From positions 1 to 64,000 of the forward strand of contig DF237083.1 in the NCBI GenBank assembly GCA_000708835.1: DNA of 64,000 nucleotides, given 5' to 3'. Source of the DNA: Klebsormidium nitens. Lineage: Eukaryota; Plantae; Klebsormidiophyceae. The notes below the pieces were generated by a model, which searched no databases, had not been told where the DNA came from, and was given only the letters and a program-made list of their open reading frames with translations. A program made the position numbers and the translations under genes. Of the stretch, positions 32,166-45,492 are shown in pieces (the stretch's first letter is position 1; each line of letters starts with the position of its first letter).

Positions 32166-32960
32166 TTAAAGTAACCACCCAGTACCTACCGGTACATATA
32201 ACCGGGTACCTGGGCTTACATCCTGAAACCTGAACCCCTCAGGCTGCCGGTCTCATAATAGGTACCCACCGAGTCCCACACCGGTAACTTGGCACACCGG
32301 TACCGTTGCACTCAGTTCGCCGGTTGAAAGTACCATCGCGTCCATGGAGGAAGGTTCAATGAACCCGGGAACCGCAGACGGCCCGGTTCACAAGATCTTG
32401 GCGCCCCAAATGAGGCCCCGGGGAACAACGAAATGCAAGTCCGAGTCAGCAGATTGTGTGATTGGGCCACCCGACCCATGATGCCACGTGTACTTTCTAA
32501 TGCAGGTGCGTATTCACACTTCTGTGAGCTTCACAGAGGGGGCAGTTCAGAAGGATTCGACTCGAGACCCTGGGCCTTGACCATGGACTCGGAGCTTACA
32601 AAGCGGACTGCATGGTGGGCTCACAATGGAGTAATGCGGTCAACGTGATCCTGAGTGTCCCTTTCTCGTCGAGCATGGAGAGCTTGAACGTTGGGACGCC
32701 GCACCTCGAAGTTGGAGAAGAAAGGTGGGATGAACACAGGACCAGCAGGAGGGAATATCGTCAAAGTCGCTGATGATCTCTTTCTGAGGAGATGAAAATG
32801 TAAGGCCCCTGCAGCGTTCGTCTTGCAGTCTGCTTTCCAGGTTGGGACGTTAAAAAGCATCAGCAACGCGTCTTGTGATGTGGTAGTCAGCTCCGTCTCA
32901 GTGTCTCTCCTCGCCTCTGCTTGGTTGTATCCACTTCAAAGTCCATACCAGACCATCTGA

Positions 32961-35900
32961 ATGTCGTTCAATACATGCACAATGCTGGCCCCAAACCCTA
33001 ACCCTAATCCCTGCTCACTACCACCAGACCATCACACCCCAACCGCTGAGCCCCTTGTCACACCCGCTGCCCCACCTCCTGCTTTAGAAAGCACTCTCCT
33101 CTCCCTCACCGACGACCTGCTGGGAAACATCCTTTCCCGACTGCCGCACTCATCCATCGAGTCGGCTGCCTGCTGCTGTCACCGTTTGCTCAGCATTGTG
33201 AGAGATGATGAGCGGACTTGGCTGCCGGCGTGCGTGAACCGGTGGGGGGGCAGGACCAATGTGCGCAGCTGGGGGGGGGGACGAGTCGCTTACCGGGCGC
33301 TCTTTCATGTCCTTCGGCAGTGCGACAAGCTGGTGAGGTGCATCTGAAGCCCGCATTTGAGATACTTTGATGACCTTGTTGGACTGGCTGCGAATTCTCT
33401 GATGTCGCCCACTTTCGAACCGCGTGCTTTTAGGAGAGAATGTCTTTGCTTGGGCTTTCCCTTGTCCAGTCTGTGCCAGGTTGCACTGTCAATGATGGCA
33501 GCTTTAGAGCTCTGATGTGGCCTGAAAATGTCACAAATGGGTTCTCTGATGGGGCGGTGGTGCTTGGACTGATTTGCAAACGGAGCTTTGCCCCTGGACC
33601 CTGTTTGAAAGACTTGACTCGGCATGCATTGTGCGCCTGTTCGCTGGCAAGAGTCGGGTGGCAACGTTTAATTAGTGATGCCTACAGAATCGTGGTCTGC
33701 GTGGAAGAACCACGATTGAATGCATTTCTCATCTTGCGCTGCCTGCATCACTGTTGAAGCGAAATCTTCAGGACAACAAATTCCAGTTCTTGTACCGTGA
33801 TTGGTGGCATCATCTTTTTGAGAGGCAGAGTTCTAACTTGTGACTCCGCGTTCCGTGTCTGCACTAACTAGATTCCACGACTTCAGGTAACCAGCCAGTA
33901 AAATTTACTCGACTCCTCCTTGCCAGGCTCCCTTGTCATGCTCATTACGTCTCCCCTAATCTTTTCTTGGAGACTATCTCATCTTTCCCAGTGTACTTGA
34001 CAATTGGCTCTACTTATCCCTCAGCCTGCTTTAGGTGCAAAACGATTGACTCCACCTTTAGTCAGTGAAGTTCGTGTCGCCTTAGTCAATGCAACGAACA
34101 TGTGCTATGCGCCACCTTGCACAGGCCGGCTTCTGGCGCGCCGTCAGCGACTCCGACTTTAAGCACGGCTCCTCGCTCGTTTCCTTCGAATGGCTTCCGA
34201 CGCATCTTGAGGCGCTCCGCATCGTGCCCGCTTGCCAGAACAGCTACCAAGTGAGAAAGATTCCGTTTCTGCGGGTGGGGGTTTCGCCTTTGGGGGAGTT
34301 CTTATGTCGGGAAAGCGGCGATGAGGACTGGGACGATCTGGCTAGATCCATCGACTTTGGAAGTGGTGAAAATCGGCCTGGTGTAATCGGGCCCATGTCC
34401 AACGGGCCCGGTGTGAAAAGGAGCGCCGTCAATGCAGGCAGCCTGAATGGAACGAGCGAATTCGGAGCCAATATGAATAGAGGTAGCGAGAACGGGGAAG
34501 GTGTGTATAGGGGCAGTGTGAGTGCGGCCCCAGAGATCAACAGCGAAGCAGCCCAGATGACGAGCCGGCTGTCCGAGTCTTCGCTGTCGGATTTGGACGA
34601 CGTGGGGCCGTCCGAAAGTCCGATGCGCACACCAAGCCCGGGGGGGCACAGGGCGCCGAGCCCAGGCCCCAAGACTGCCGTGAGTTTGACTTTTTCAGAA
34701 TTCTGGTTTTCACTGGGATTGAGCAGCTTGTCGGCAACCGATTGATGAGCGAGGGATTTGGATGACACAAAGCTCTTGACGAATTGCATCGAGTTGAAGT
34801 ATCTGTGACCTGTAAATCTGATTTACGTCTTAGTTGCCCTCCTGTAAGCCTCTCTTTCGCGTGGGCATGTTTCCGTGGGCGACTCTGGGAGGAAAAGGAT
34901 ATTTGAAGGACTTTGTAACGAGTTGATTGGTTGAAAAGGCCGATGCCCATGATTGCAAAGAGCAGACTATCCCACATCATCGACTTTTGATCTAACGCAA
35001 CGTTTTGGAAGGAAAAAAATCTTTCTCGGTAAGCTTCGTCTCCCTCTGATCACGGATACTTATACCATCGCCCATCACTCATATTTCGGGGCGTTCTCGA
35101 AACGAACTGCCAACATTGGCCGCAAGCAGCCCCCGGTCGTCTGTTCTATGATTCTGAATCACTCTTTCTTCCGTATCTCTTTCAGCATGAGAGGTCGCCA
35201 TATCTCATCGTGTCGAAAGTGGCGCCCTGTATGCAAAAACTTGGTTCTTCTGATGGGATCACCGCTCATCCTCTCCTACAAATCTCCTTAATCGATGTTG
35301 TCCAATACGCATCTCCGTTCGCTTCTGGGAAAAAGCTCACTGCAGCTTAACGTTCTCAGCCCCTGACCATGTTGTCGTGGGAGAATGCCGCCCCCTACTG
35401 AAAACCTGGTCCTTCGAAGCGGAAGCACCTTGGAGCGAGAATCGGGTAGATGCCTTGAACAGTCCGGAGTATAATTGGAATCGATCTGCAAATATTGCCC
35501 ACTTTATTTCTCCAGCAAAAAGAGCTCTTCGAAGCTGGCGTACGTAGCCCCCATTCACATTGTTCTGGAAGAACGCCGCTCCCGACCCAAAATCTGAATT
35601 ATCGAGCTTTGATCAGCCGTAATCTCTTGCTCCGAAACTGCCTGGTTTAATCCAAACGTAACTCTAAGGCGAGTTAACAAGTATCGCCCGACTTTTCCCT
35701 CCAACAGGAAAGCTCGCTGCAGCTGACGTTCGTAGCCCCAGACCATGTCGTCTTAGAATTTTGACGCCCCTCGCTCAAACCCCTTGTTCGTTGAAAGGAA
35801 GCAGCCGGGAGCCCTTTCTCGATAACTGCCTCAATCAGTCCGGAATTGTACGAAAATCAACTCAAAAAACTTCGCCCAACTTCCTCTTTCCAGCAGGAGA

Positions 35901-38367
35901 GCTCGCTGCAACTATCGTTCGTAGCCCCAGACCATATCGTTCTGGAAGAACGTCGCCCCCAACCCAAACCCTGGTCCTTCGAAGCGGAAGCGGCCGCGAG
36001 CGCTTCCCTGGGGATCGGCCACTCCTGGCGCCGCCGCTCGTCTTCGCCCACCGGCGCGCAGACCCCCCCCTTGCCGGCCTGCGGAAGCAGCCCCCCCGGA
36101 ACGTTTAACTATGAGATTTACCAGGTAAGAGGTCCCTGCGTTTCCGGTCCGATTAACATATGGAGTAGAGAAGGCTTTTGCTTTTCACTGTCTGCTGTTG
36201 ACAGCGGTCTGGTTTGTTCCTCCTTTACATCGTTTGGGTCTTTGGTAACGGAAGGGGAAGAGAGGTGCGGAAAGATCTTGAAAACGAGACAAAAGCATTC
36301 TGAAGCGGAGCAGGAGCTGATGCAAACGGCAGGTGTACTGCCACTGCGTCTCCTCCGCAGTGAATGAGCTAAAAAAGGCCTAGAAGATTTGTGGCCGGTC
36401 TATACAGTCCTTATCGGGGCGTCGGGTTGGCATACTGATCTGCGAGCGGAGTTGTGCGATCTGTTCTTGAGCCCGTTTTGATATGGTGACTGCTTTTGAA
36501 GTGCGCGCCAGGGCATGAAGTAACGACTTCGGGAGAAATATGGGTGTGACGAATTGCTAGCCTCTTTCCTCTTCGCCTGCATCCGCATCTTGTTCCTCCT
36601 CGTCCTTCCGCCGTTTCGTCAGCTCCCTTGCTCCTAAACCTAGTAACAAAATCTCCGAACAGCGACTTCATGTTGCCGTCAATTCCGACCTCTCAATCAA
36701 GACTCTCTTTCGGTTGTATGAATCTTAAGACCTCAATCACCATCAATTTCGACCTCTCAATCGTCGCTCTTTTCCAGTTGAATGAATCTTAAGACCTCAA
36801 ACACCATCCTTTCTGTTCACAGTTCCTGTCCAGTCGGGTGGCCAGCCCGGGTGGCTTACGTCAGCGCGCCCGCCGAAAGGAGCGCGAGCGCTCGGAGCGC
36901 CAGGGCCGCGTTCCGGCGCAGGCGGAGCATTTCGTGCGGATTCCGGAGGCCACGCCGACGGCGGAACGGCCGTTACAGGGCCTCTGGAAGGTGGGAAGGA
37001 CACGTGTCCAACCTTTCTTCTGCTGCTTTTTCGGTAGTCTCGTGGAAGCGACCGTGTTTTGGCGTAGGCCGAGCACTTTCACACGGATTCTGGAGGACAC
37101 ACCAACGTCGAAACGGCCGTTACAGTGCTTCTGGAAGGATGGAAGAAAGGACATGTCTCCGAGTTTTCGATCACCGTTTGCTTGCCTTCTACGGAGAAGT
37201 ATCTGGAAGCGGTCTCGTTCCGGCATGAGCGTCGCACATTACTCGGCAACCAGAGGTTACCCCAAGATTGTAGCGGCCGTTACAGGGCCTCTGTACGGTG
37301 GGAGTGACACGTGTCCTTTTCTTAACAGCGTTGACGTGTACGTGGGCGTAGCTAGCGTGCTTCATATCGATAGGACGGCCACATATTCTGGTCGCCATTC
37401 TCGTCCCAGATTGTGATTGGCAATAAGAGCGACGCCGTCGGCTTTCGATGGTTGCCCGTCCGTCAGATTGAGGATGGGGAACGACCATGCTTTAACATCC
37501 ACGCAATACTTTAAGCCTACTCTGAGCTCATGCCAACCACTGGCACAGGCCATTAGAGGCTCTCGGGAAGGTGAGGGGGTAACGTGTCCGTTTCTCCGGG
37601 AAGCACCAGCTTTGCTTTTCTTGGCAGACTAGGGGTGAAGAATGATGGAACGGACACGTCTCAGCAAAGACTGAGAGAACATGGTCGGGAGGCGAACATG
37701 ACACTAAAGTGAAGATTGGCGGAACGGCCGTTGTCAAGTTTTATCCCGCACGGAAACCTTGGCAACAGTCGCCAAAGTCCCTTCTCTTCAAAGACCACAA
37801 CAGGATCTCCTCAATGCTTTGGCTGCCGTTCCTAGTTGTTGACCTCAGACTTTGACGGTTCGAACCAAAAGCTGAAGCCTCACTCTCTATTGCAAGCAGG
37901 CCATTGGAGCGCTCGGCGGCCTCGACATCGTCCACGTGTCGTACAGCGCGCAAGAGATGGTCAAGTGCCGCCAGCTGTGCGATGTGAACACGGCCCACGT
38001 GGCCCCCAGTCCAAAAGGCGTCCAGTGGTGGGCTGTCCCGATAGAATTGACGCGCGCCGAGCAGCGGGATTACGAGAGTCGGGGTCACATTGACCCCGCG
38101 TCAAACGCGGAGCTCATAGCAAACGGCATGGATTATCGTATAAGTGATGGTCAGGTGGGTATACACCCAGAGGCGATCGCGGTGCTGAGCTTTGTAGGGT
38201 CCGACTTTAGGGAGCGGCGAGGGTTGGCGCAACGGGGGCGGATGTGGGAGTATGCGGCTGGGGAGTTTGGGTGGGGGCTGATGAGCGGCGGCGAGAATTG
38301 GATAATGGACTATAAGCGCCTGGTAGAGGGGCGGACAGTGCTGGATTCTATTCAGGAAATACATTGA
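32961..38367 (+). CDS. F-box protein similar to Arabidopsis At3g12350
   Basis: Exons 32961-33332 (alternative ATG 32982), 34125-34679, 35894-36124 (NAGNAG acceptor), 36823-36990, 37900-38367. F-box LLSLTDDLLGNILSRL, followed by CVNRWGGRT...GFWR...LVSFEW...YQVRKIPFL, GSSPPGTF, EHFVRI..TPTAERPLQGLWK and GRMWEY..GEFGWG, as recalled for this family. Confidence 0.85.
35324..35990 (+). repeat. Four-unit degenerate tandem repeat (about 189-nt period) of an intron-end plus exon-start junction; the last unit is the functional exon
   Basis: agctc anchors at 35334, 35523, 35711 and 35900; downstream cgtagcccc/gaccat/ctggaagaacg/cctggtccttcgaagcggaagc similarity. Confidence 0.85.
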
Positions 38368-39523
38368 CACGTCCAAGCGCACACATCATCAAGTGCCGCC
38401 TCCATGCAAAGTGAAGGTTGGGCAAGCAACTCTTAGGTGCATTGATGCGCATCATTGTGGCAGTCACTTGGCAAGGTGTCCGAGTCAGGCTTGCAATGAA
38501 CAAACTGCAAGTCTGCTAGCTTGTCTTGCAATGTTAGACGTAAATCGGTTAATTGCGTGCATTCCTCAATTAATGTTGGTGCTGGGCGGCACCTACTTGT
38601 AAGGTCCTATAAGGGCTTCCTATGCCAGAGTTGACCATGTATGATGATAGATGCCATGCATTCCATATATGCATATTAGGGTCAGGCCAAGCCGCCTGCA
38701 CACATTAATGATGCGTATAGCACCCGTCTAGAGCTCTTGGCCAGGGCGCCCGGCTGCTTCGATCAACATCGCCGCGAGCAATCAAAACACTGCACTGCCA
38801 GCACAAATATGGTCGTACTCGCAATGCATGGATTGAACGCGCTTCATGCTTAATGATGACTTGAATCTCAGTATGACGCCTGCCAGAGCATCTGCCCCCG
38901 CCGGCCTGCCATGGGCCGCACCCGGTCGTAGGGTGGCAGGCCCGCGGCGGCCCAGCGCCGGGCTTGCAAGCGCAGACGTTCAAAAGTATATGTCAGTTAG
39001 CTTCCAGACAACATCATTGCAGATCGCGCGTACGTACAAAACTCACGGTCAAATATCAACCCGCGCCGATCAAGCATAAGGGCTGATGACCAGATTGCGT
39101 ACAGTGCTCACATTCAGTCTTCCTTACTGGCGGAAACAGCAGGAAACTTGAAGCTTCTTGTGTACGTGGAACATGCAACGTCGAAAGCATGGTGGCTGAC
39201 TGCTCGTAACAATCAGCGCCAGTGACGCGGTTGCAACCGTCCGGGAGAAGAATCCATTATCATTCGGCCCAGCGGACTCGATCGCTAGCAACATGCCGGC
39301 ATGCTTTGCTGTGGATCTTGAACAAACAAGGAGGGTCGATTTCCAGAGTCAGGTGGTCGGCAAACGTGTTCACTTTACCCAAGTGTACGCTCCTCGAGTC
39401 CGTCGATGTCGTGCCCCCATCGAAAGGTATCTGCGGCCCAGCATGTCTGTTGTCTCTTCCTAAGTTGTCAGTCCTGAAAGCTCCCCAAAAGCATCATTTC
39501 ACAGTCCCAAGCCTTGGCACGTG

Positions 39524-42500
39524 CTAGCTTTGCTGGCCCGATCCGTTTGCTTGGCCCTTCGCTTTCTTGCAATCTTGCTTGTGACCTCTCTTCCAATGGA
39601 TCAACTGCACGACAAGGAGCGCACACTTAATACTCATCCACAGCCCTTTTTCTTCTAGATAGCCGTCTCATGTGGTAAGGTCATACAGTGACCATAGTAT
39701 CGTCGGACCGACGAACGCATCCGCTGTCACAGTCCGCTTTCACTGATCCGAGATTTCCTACGACAGGAGTGGGCCCCGTCGTGAACGACAAAGCATGCAA
39801 GTGGGCAGCAATTGTTCGCCAGGAATCCCCAGCATCCTCGCAGCGGCAAGCGACTCCAAAGAATCAAACAGGCCCCTTTTCAGACCGTCTCGTTCTTCCC
39901 AGCACTCTGATCGGAGCAGACAAAAGCAATTTCATCCATCATTGACTGCTTCGGGTTTTGGCCGGAAGGCAACTTAATCCCGCACGTACAGACGCCCGCA
40001 GAGTGCAATCTTGAATGAAGAGTTGCTGACCTGGCATTCTCGCGAGCAGTATTGGGCGGCGCTGCACGCGCTACACGACTTGAAAGTCGCCCGTCGGAAC
40101 TCGATGACTCCATCAACGCACTCCTGCAGAAGGCGTAACAGGTGTTGGCGTGTTGTCCTTCAGGGGAACGATATTCTACTAACTTGGAGTGAAAGAGCCT
40201 GGGTTGTTGAGGGAAAGAGACGAGACTGAACAGCCGTCCAGTACCAAAAGTAATACGACACGATTGGACAAGCCATCACTCCTGAAGTGAGTCGATCTCC
40301 TTTCAAGGGTAGTGTTTTGTAACGTGCACGAACTTCGGAGACAGTGCTCAGCGAAAGAGAAACTCTGATATTTACAACAAGAAAGTAAGCGCTTGCAGTG
40401 ATTAGAAACGCTTGCTGGAGTCGCTCTACGGTTTCCACTGTACGTTCCACCTGAACTGTCCCATTCAACACTGGTTAGATCTCGGAAAACAGGGGTCAAA
40501 ACAGAACGAACCCAGCTTTTTGATAACTCGTAAACATTCCCCGGCCTCAGCTTAGACTTTTCCGCACACACCGCTCACAACTTTTAAAATAGGCGAACAA
40601 AACCAAGAGTCAGATGACTCTCAAAACATGTCTGATGTTTCTCGGATGATACACGTGCAATTGGTCGAAGCCAACAAAAACTTCAACGGCAGCAACTTAG
40701 AAAAACGAAAGTCGGTGTCAAATCCTCAGGACAATTCCCTACCGGGTTGCTACACGGCCTCAGCTTGAAGTGCTCCGCGTAAGCCGCCCACAGCTTGTCC
40801 GTGTACTCCATATGCTGCAGGTACCACCGTGACAGCACTTCCACATCGTCGTCGTCATCACATCCCGCAGGTGACGCCACCCCTGACGTCAGCAGGGTGG
40901 CCCGCGCGCTCTTCATGATGGCCCGGCACGTGGCGAGCCCCCCGTTCACGGCCGTGGTCGACAGGAAGCGCTCGCGCGCAGCCGCGTCGGCGCGGGAAGC
41001 TTCGAAAGCGAGTACGAAGACTATGTAAAGCGGCTCGAGCATCAGCGTTATGTGGATCAGGTCGTCGCGCGAGAAGTCTACTTTCGACGGCGGGGGGCCC
41101 CGCGGCCGGCCCGCCTTCCCGAGGTCCCGGTACGCGAATCGGACCGTCACCCACTCGAGAAACCGCGTCAGTGGCGCCACGTTTGCAACGACGAAATCTA
41201 GAACGGCGGGAAACTCCTGGGCCGCACATTCGATGAGACGCGGCGCAGACGGTTTCGTCGACTTGGCTCTCCGGGCCCGTCCCTGCTTCGTCGATAACCG
41301 ACCACGCCTGTTTGACTAACCCCATGACGTCATCCGCGTGGAGAAAGCTCGACGCCTTTTGCCGACTCTTCTTGAAGCACGCCATGAAGACGAGCTGCGC
41401 GCCAAACATGCCGTCCGACAGTTTCTCCCAGTCGAGAGCCCCGAAGAGAGCCATAACAAACGGCCACACAAGATTCGCACGCCGGTCGAGGGTTAGCAGG
41501 TTGACCCCAATCAAAACCCGAGTGTACTCATGCCACTTGGCTTCGGTGTCCTCCCCAGCGTTGAAGCACAGAATGAGCAGACCGACGAGATGCGGATGAA
41601 CGGACGCCGGGAGTTTGGACAGCTCCGCATTGACGACGTTCAGGACGTCCGAACCGACTGTGTCGATAACTGCTCGGGAGATTTCCCCCCGCTTGATGCC
41701 CTCCTCCATCTCGGCGACCAAGTTGCTGAGAGTGCGCTGCACCTGCCCGGTTGCTTCTCCTCGAAGGTCGCCCGGTAACAACGCAAAAACGGCGACGTCT
41801 GTCACGAGGCTGGTTGAAAGCTTCTTGACGGTTTTCTCCCGCGAAGCGCTGACCGTCGAAGCGGTTGGCCACGGATGCTTCCCAGCGAAACACAGAACTC
41901 CGATGTCGCTGGCCTTGACTCCGATTTCGCGTGGTTGCGTGATCGGCGCCGCCCCTGTCCACTTGTGGGCGTTGCTCAGGACGGATGCCGCGAAGCGCGC
42001 GGTGGTGTCATTGAGACGGGGCTTGACTTCCCTCACGGACTGTAACACTGCTTCAATCTCCGCGGCAGAGTTCAAACTAGGCGCGACACTCTTCGCACGC
42101 TCGCAGATCTTCCCAAGGGCGTCGAACAGGTTCGTCGTCTGGATTTCGAAGCGAGGGGCTAACTCCGGGAACCGGGTCAGGATCGCGATTACCATTTTCA
42201 GGAACCGGGTTATCCATGGCACCAGACCCCCCGCAACACTGTCCCGTAAGACTTGGTCTAGTTTGGCCGGGCTTTCGATAAAACAGTGTACGCACCCCGC
42301 CGTGAAAAGGCCGATTTTTCGGTACAGTTCAGCGCGCCCACCGTTTCGGGGGGGTTGGCCTGGGAAGGGGTGGTTGGACACGAGCAGGGAGAGAAGACCC
42401 CCCCGGAAAGCGCGCTCCGTGAATTCCGGACTGGCTTGCAGGAGGTAGCGCAGGAAGCACGTGTAGATGTAGTAGCCGCGAATGGCGTGTTCTTCCTTTT

Positions 42501-44609
42501 CTGAAAAGGCGGGGCTGTCCGTAAGGGCGCGGACGGCAAAGAAGTGAAGGAGGGAGCCGAGTTGGAGTAGCGTGTCGACGGATGTCTCGCAGGAGGCTAA
42601 CTGCAAGGTAAGGAACGGATGGCTATAAGATAGAACGTGGCTGAAGTACGAAACAGGGATGCTGGCTGGTGTGGAAGGCTCTTCTGAAGAGACCTCGCAC
42701 AGGACTGGCTGCGAAGTTGAAAGGTTGGATATACGAAGCGTGGGGCCGTTGCGGACATGGTTTTCAGTTCGATGGGATTGGTTAGATAGAGTGCCTACAG
42801 ACGTCTCCGAAGAGGCTCGTTGATGCGGCACGAGACTAGCGGCACGAGAGTAAAAACACAGGAAGTTCAGAGTCTGATGGAAGGTTCTGGTGGAACAGAG
42901 AGCCCAGCTGGCGTAGTTACAAAAGAGACGACTTTTGGGAGGTGAAGCAAGCTCAGGAGAATAAAGAAGCAGACAATCGGAATCTGGATGTGAAAATAGA
43001 AAGTATAATTTTTGATGGTGGGAGGAGAAACCAAGCATGTCTTGTCAAGATTGTGAACTTAGCGACAGACATTCAAGTGATTTGAACCCGGCCGACCAAG
43101 GACCGACTCAACTATTGTGCAGATCAACCTCTGTAACTTATAAGGAAATCTTAAAGCTAGCTGTACAGCAAAATCTCCTCGGAAAGTGAGTTCAGTTCAT
43201 ACAATGGATCTCGAAGACAAGTAGAACACGGCCTCTGAGGTTTTGGTCAATCTGGTCGAAAACCTCAGGCTCAAGTCTCAAAGTATCACAACTCAACGTC
43301 CAGAGTGTCTTGAGGGGACGTAGGCAGAAGCAGCGTCACTTACGAGCTTTGCCAAGCCAGGAGCGGGGGCAATGGTGTTGCTGATTGCCAGGACAGTGTG
43401 GGAGACATGCGGCACCAGAAGCATGAACAAGATGCCGCGCACCGCACGCTCGTCTTTCAGGAGTCTGATCAGCTGGAGAAACAGAAACCACAGAGGTTTG
43501 GAGGTTTGGAGGTTTGGAGGTTTGATGCGCCACATGTGAACTTTCAGGAGGCTGATCAGCTGATTTGAGAGCTTTGGATCCGCGTTATGGCAGAGATGAT
43601 AGTGGCAAAAAGCTTTGACCTGCAAGAGCTTTGTAAAGAGAAGAACTTCTTATGGGGTCAAGCAGCATCCGAATCGGACAAGCTCTTGGTGAAGACTGGT
43701 TCTCAAACTCAAAAACTCAGTCTCCGAAGGCCATGGGGTCAAACATGCGCAAGATTGTAGTCTGATTCAGAGGCTTCCCCTACCTTTCACAAGTAAAGAA
43801 GGGAACTCAAGGTTCGAGGCAGCTGGGATGAGTTGCCTGTCTTAGATTGTCTTAGATCCATCAGCAACTTGGCACTCTTCAACAAAGGACTGATGCAGAT
43901 AGTACTCACTTCGGTCTCCCCAGTGAACGTACCTTCTTATATGGTTTGGTAGGTCTCAGGTGCAGCTGGTGCTCAAGTTCTGCACTCAAGAGAGTGTCGC
44001 CCGCGACTTGGAACACCAGCGCCTCATACTGCTCCGCCGCTTTGCGATAGTCCTTCTTGTCGATCAGAGCCAGGAAATCAGCCACCACCTTTGACTTTCC
44101 TTCAGCCTACGAGTACAGTGTGGAAACTGTGGATCAGCTCTGTGACACACCGTCATATTGGAAGAAAGGCAAGGCGAAAAGAACTCTGTTGCCAATCCAA
44201 TTATACCAGCATCGTGAAGCCAATGATTGAAAATTCATAAATTCGTATTGCTTGATGGTGAGATTGCCGCTGAGAGCCTACTCAAATCTAGGAGCAACAA
44301 GTTCCAATTGTCCTCTCGTTACACCAAAACAGCTGCAGCCCATGCAACAAATTTGTCTTCTCTAGCTACTGCGCCAACTTCTGATTATGTCTCAGGCATC
44401 CTACCCAACAGCGAAAGGGCTGACACATTTCTGCTTTTGGTCCCTCGGCGTGGTCTGACTGTGCAAGGACCTTCTTGACTAACCAAGGATTGTCCATTGA
44501 TTCTCACAAGATGCAGATCACGAGCCAAAGTCACCCAAGGGTTGCCTCTACCACGGCTGCTGCAATATGCTGAGGTTATAAGGCAGCTGAATGGAGCAGA
44601 GCTTACCAT
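39524..44609 (-). CDS. Large helical protein with C-terminal MYND zinc finger; one +1 frameshift in the large exon (error, pseudogene or tiny intron)
   Basis: Exons 44607-44609 (ATG only, tentative), 43933-44106, 43344-43472, 40743-42600, 40031-40123, 39524-39604. Spliced C-terminus CSNP|EC...KSCSACSAAQYCSRECQ|LIHWKRGHKQDC is a complete MYND. The large exon is 1858 nt (3n+1). Confidence 0.8.
43493..43524. repeat. (GAGGTTTG)4 microsatellite in a MYND gene intron
   Basis: Four perfect 8-nt units. Confidence 0.9.
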
Positions 44610-45492
44610 GATGTGGCCAGGACGCAAAACGCCAGTCCGGTTCTAACTAGCAAATTATCTGATGACCTCCGTCAAAATCCGCGAGCTAACAAGGCTCCAG
44701 CTTTGCCTCAATTCATGATAGAATTGGCCAGCGCATGGCAAAGCCTCGAAGCCACATTGCTCTGTGCTGCTTTTAAAAGCTCTAGCGCCTTGAAGCACCT
44801 GAACGAAACGAGCTGTGCTCATCACACAGGCTCAGACGCTCAGACTCGGAATCAGACTGCAAAACTTCGAACAGCAAACCCTAATTCGAGTGATGGACGT
44901 TCAATTGCCTCTCTTCGAGTCCTCGTTCAATCGGACGGCTTCAAACCGCGGAGAGTATTTAACGAATGGTTGAATGTCTTGAACCTGGCCTCCTTCGCCT
45001 GGAGGGAGGACCCACTCACTCGGGAGTCGGAGCTCCGCCGGCGCAGGCCTGGCCTCCTATTAGCCTTCGCACAGCGGCAGGGAAAAGCTCAACGAAACAT
45101 GCACTGCACTGTTGCAGGGAAAAGCGCGCAGCAAATCTCCTTCGCCGTTCCTGGTCAACTACCCTTGCGCATGCGAGAGAGGGTAGGACTTCTGCTTGAT
45201 GGGAAGGGGCATAACATCGCTCAAACAATCCAACGTTAGCGACCCATTGCATGAACTTGGCTGGGGCGCTCACCTTTCAGAAACATTTAGTGGAAAGCAT
45301 ATCCTTGTTGTTTCTGTAGATGCCTATGTCAGGCAATGTGAGGGCTCCGCACTGCAATCAGAAAGGCCAGCGCTTCTGTCACCACTGAAAGCACCATTAC
45401 CATCACAAGAAATTGGTGACGGACTTTCTCGGAAACTGGAAGCGAGTGCAATGTGCACCGGCTAGCGGCGGCAGCGCAGAGGGGTCCACAAT

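Noticed and set aside
30995-32233. 412-aa and 270-aa ORFs spanning the N run
   Set aside because: Artefacts of translating through Ns; their flanks are the inverted-repeat arms
32990-33010. Telomere-like CCCTAA repeats
   Set aside because: Only 2-3 units, encoding PNPNPNP in the F-box first exon
41615-42448. 277-aa plus-strand ORF (and similar antisense ORFs at 27875-28198, 45462-46007 and 62055-62726)
   Set aside because: Shadow ORFs opposite GC-rich real exons, with no recognisable motifs
42601-43038. N-terminal part of the 726-aa ORF as coding sequence
   Set aside because: A good acceptor at 42600 and in-frame upstream exons show it is intron; its partial similarity is an exon echo
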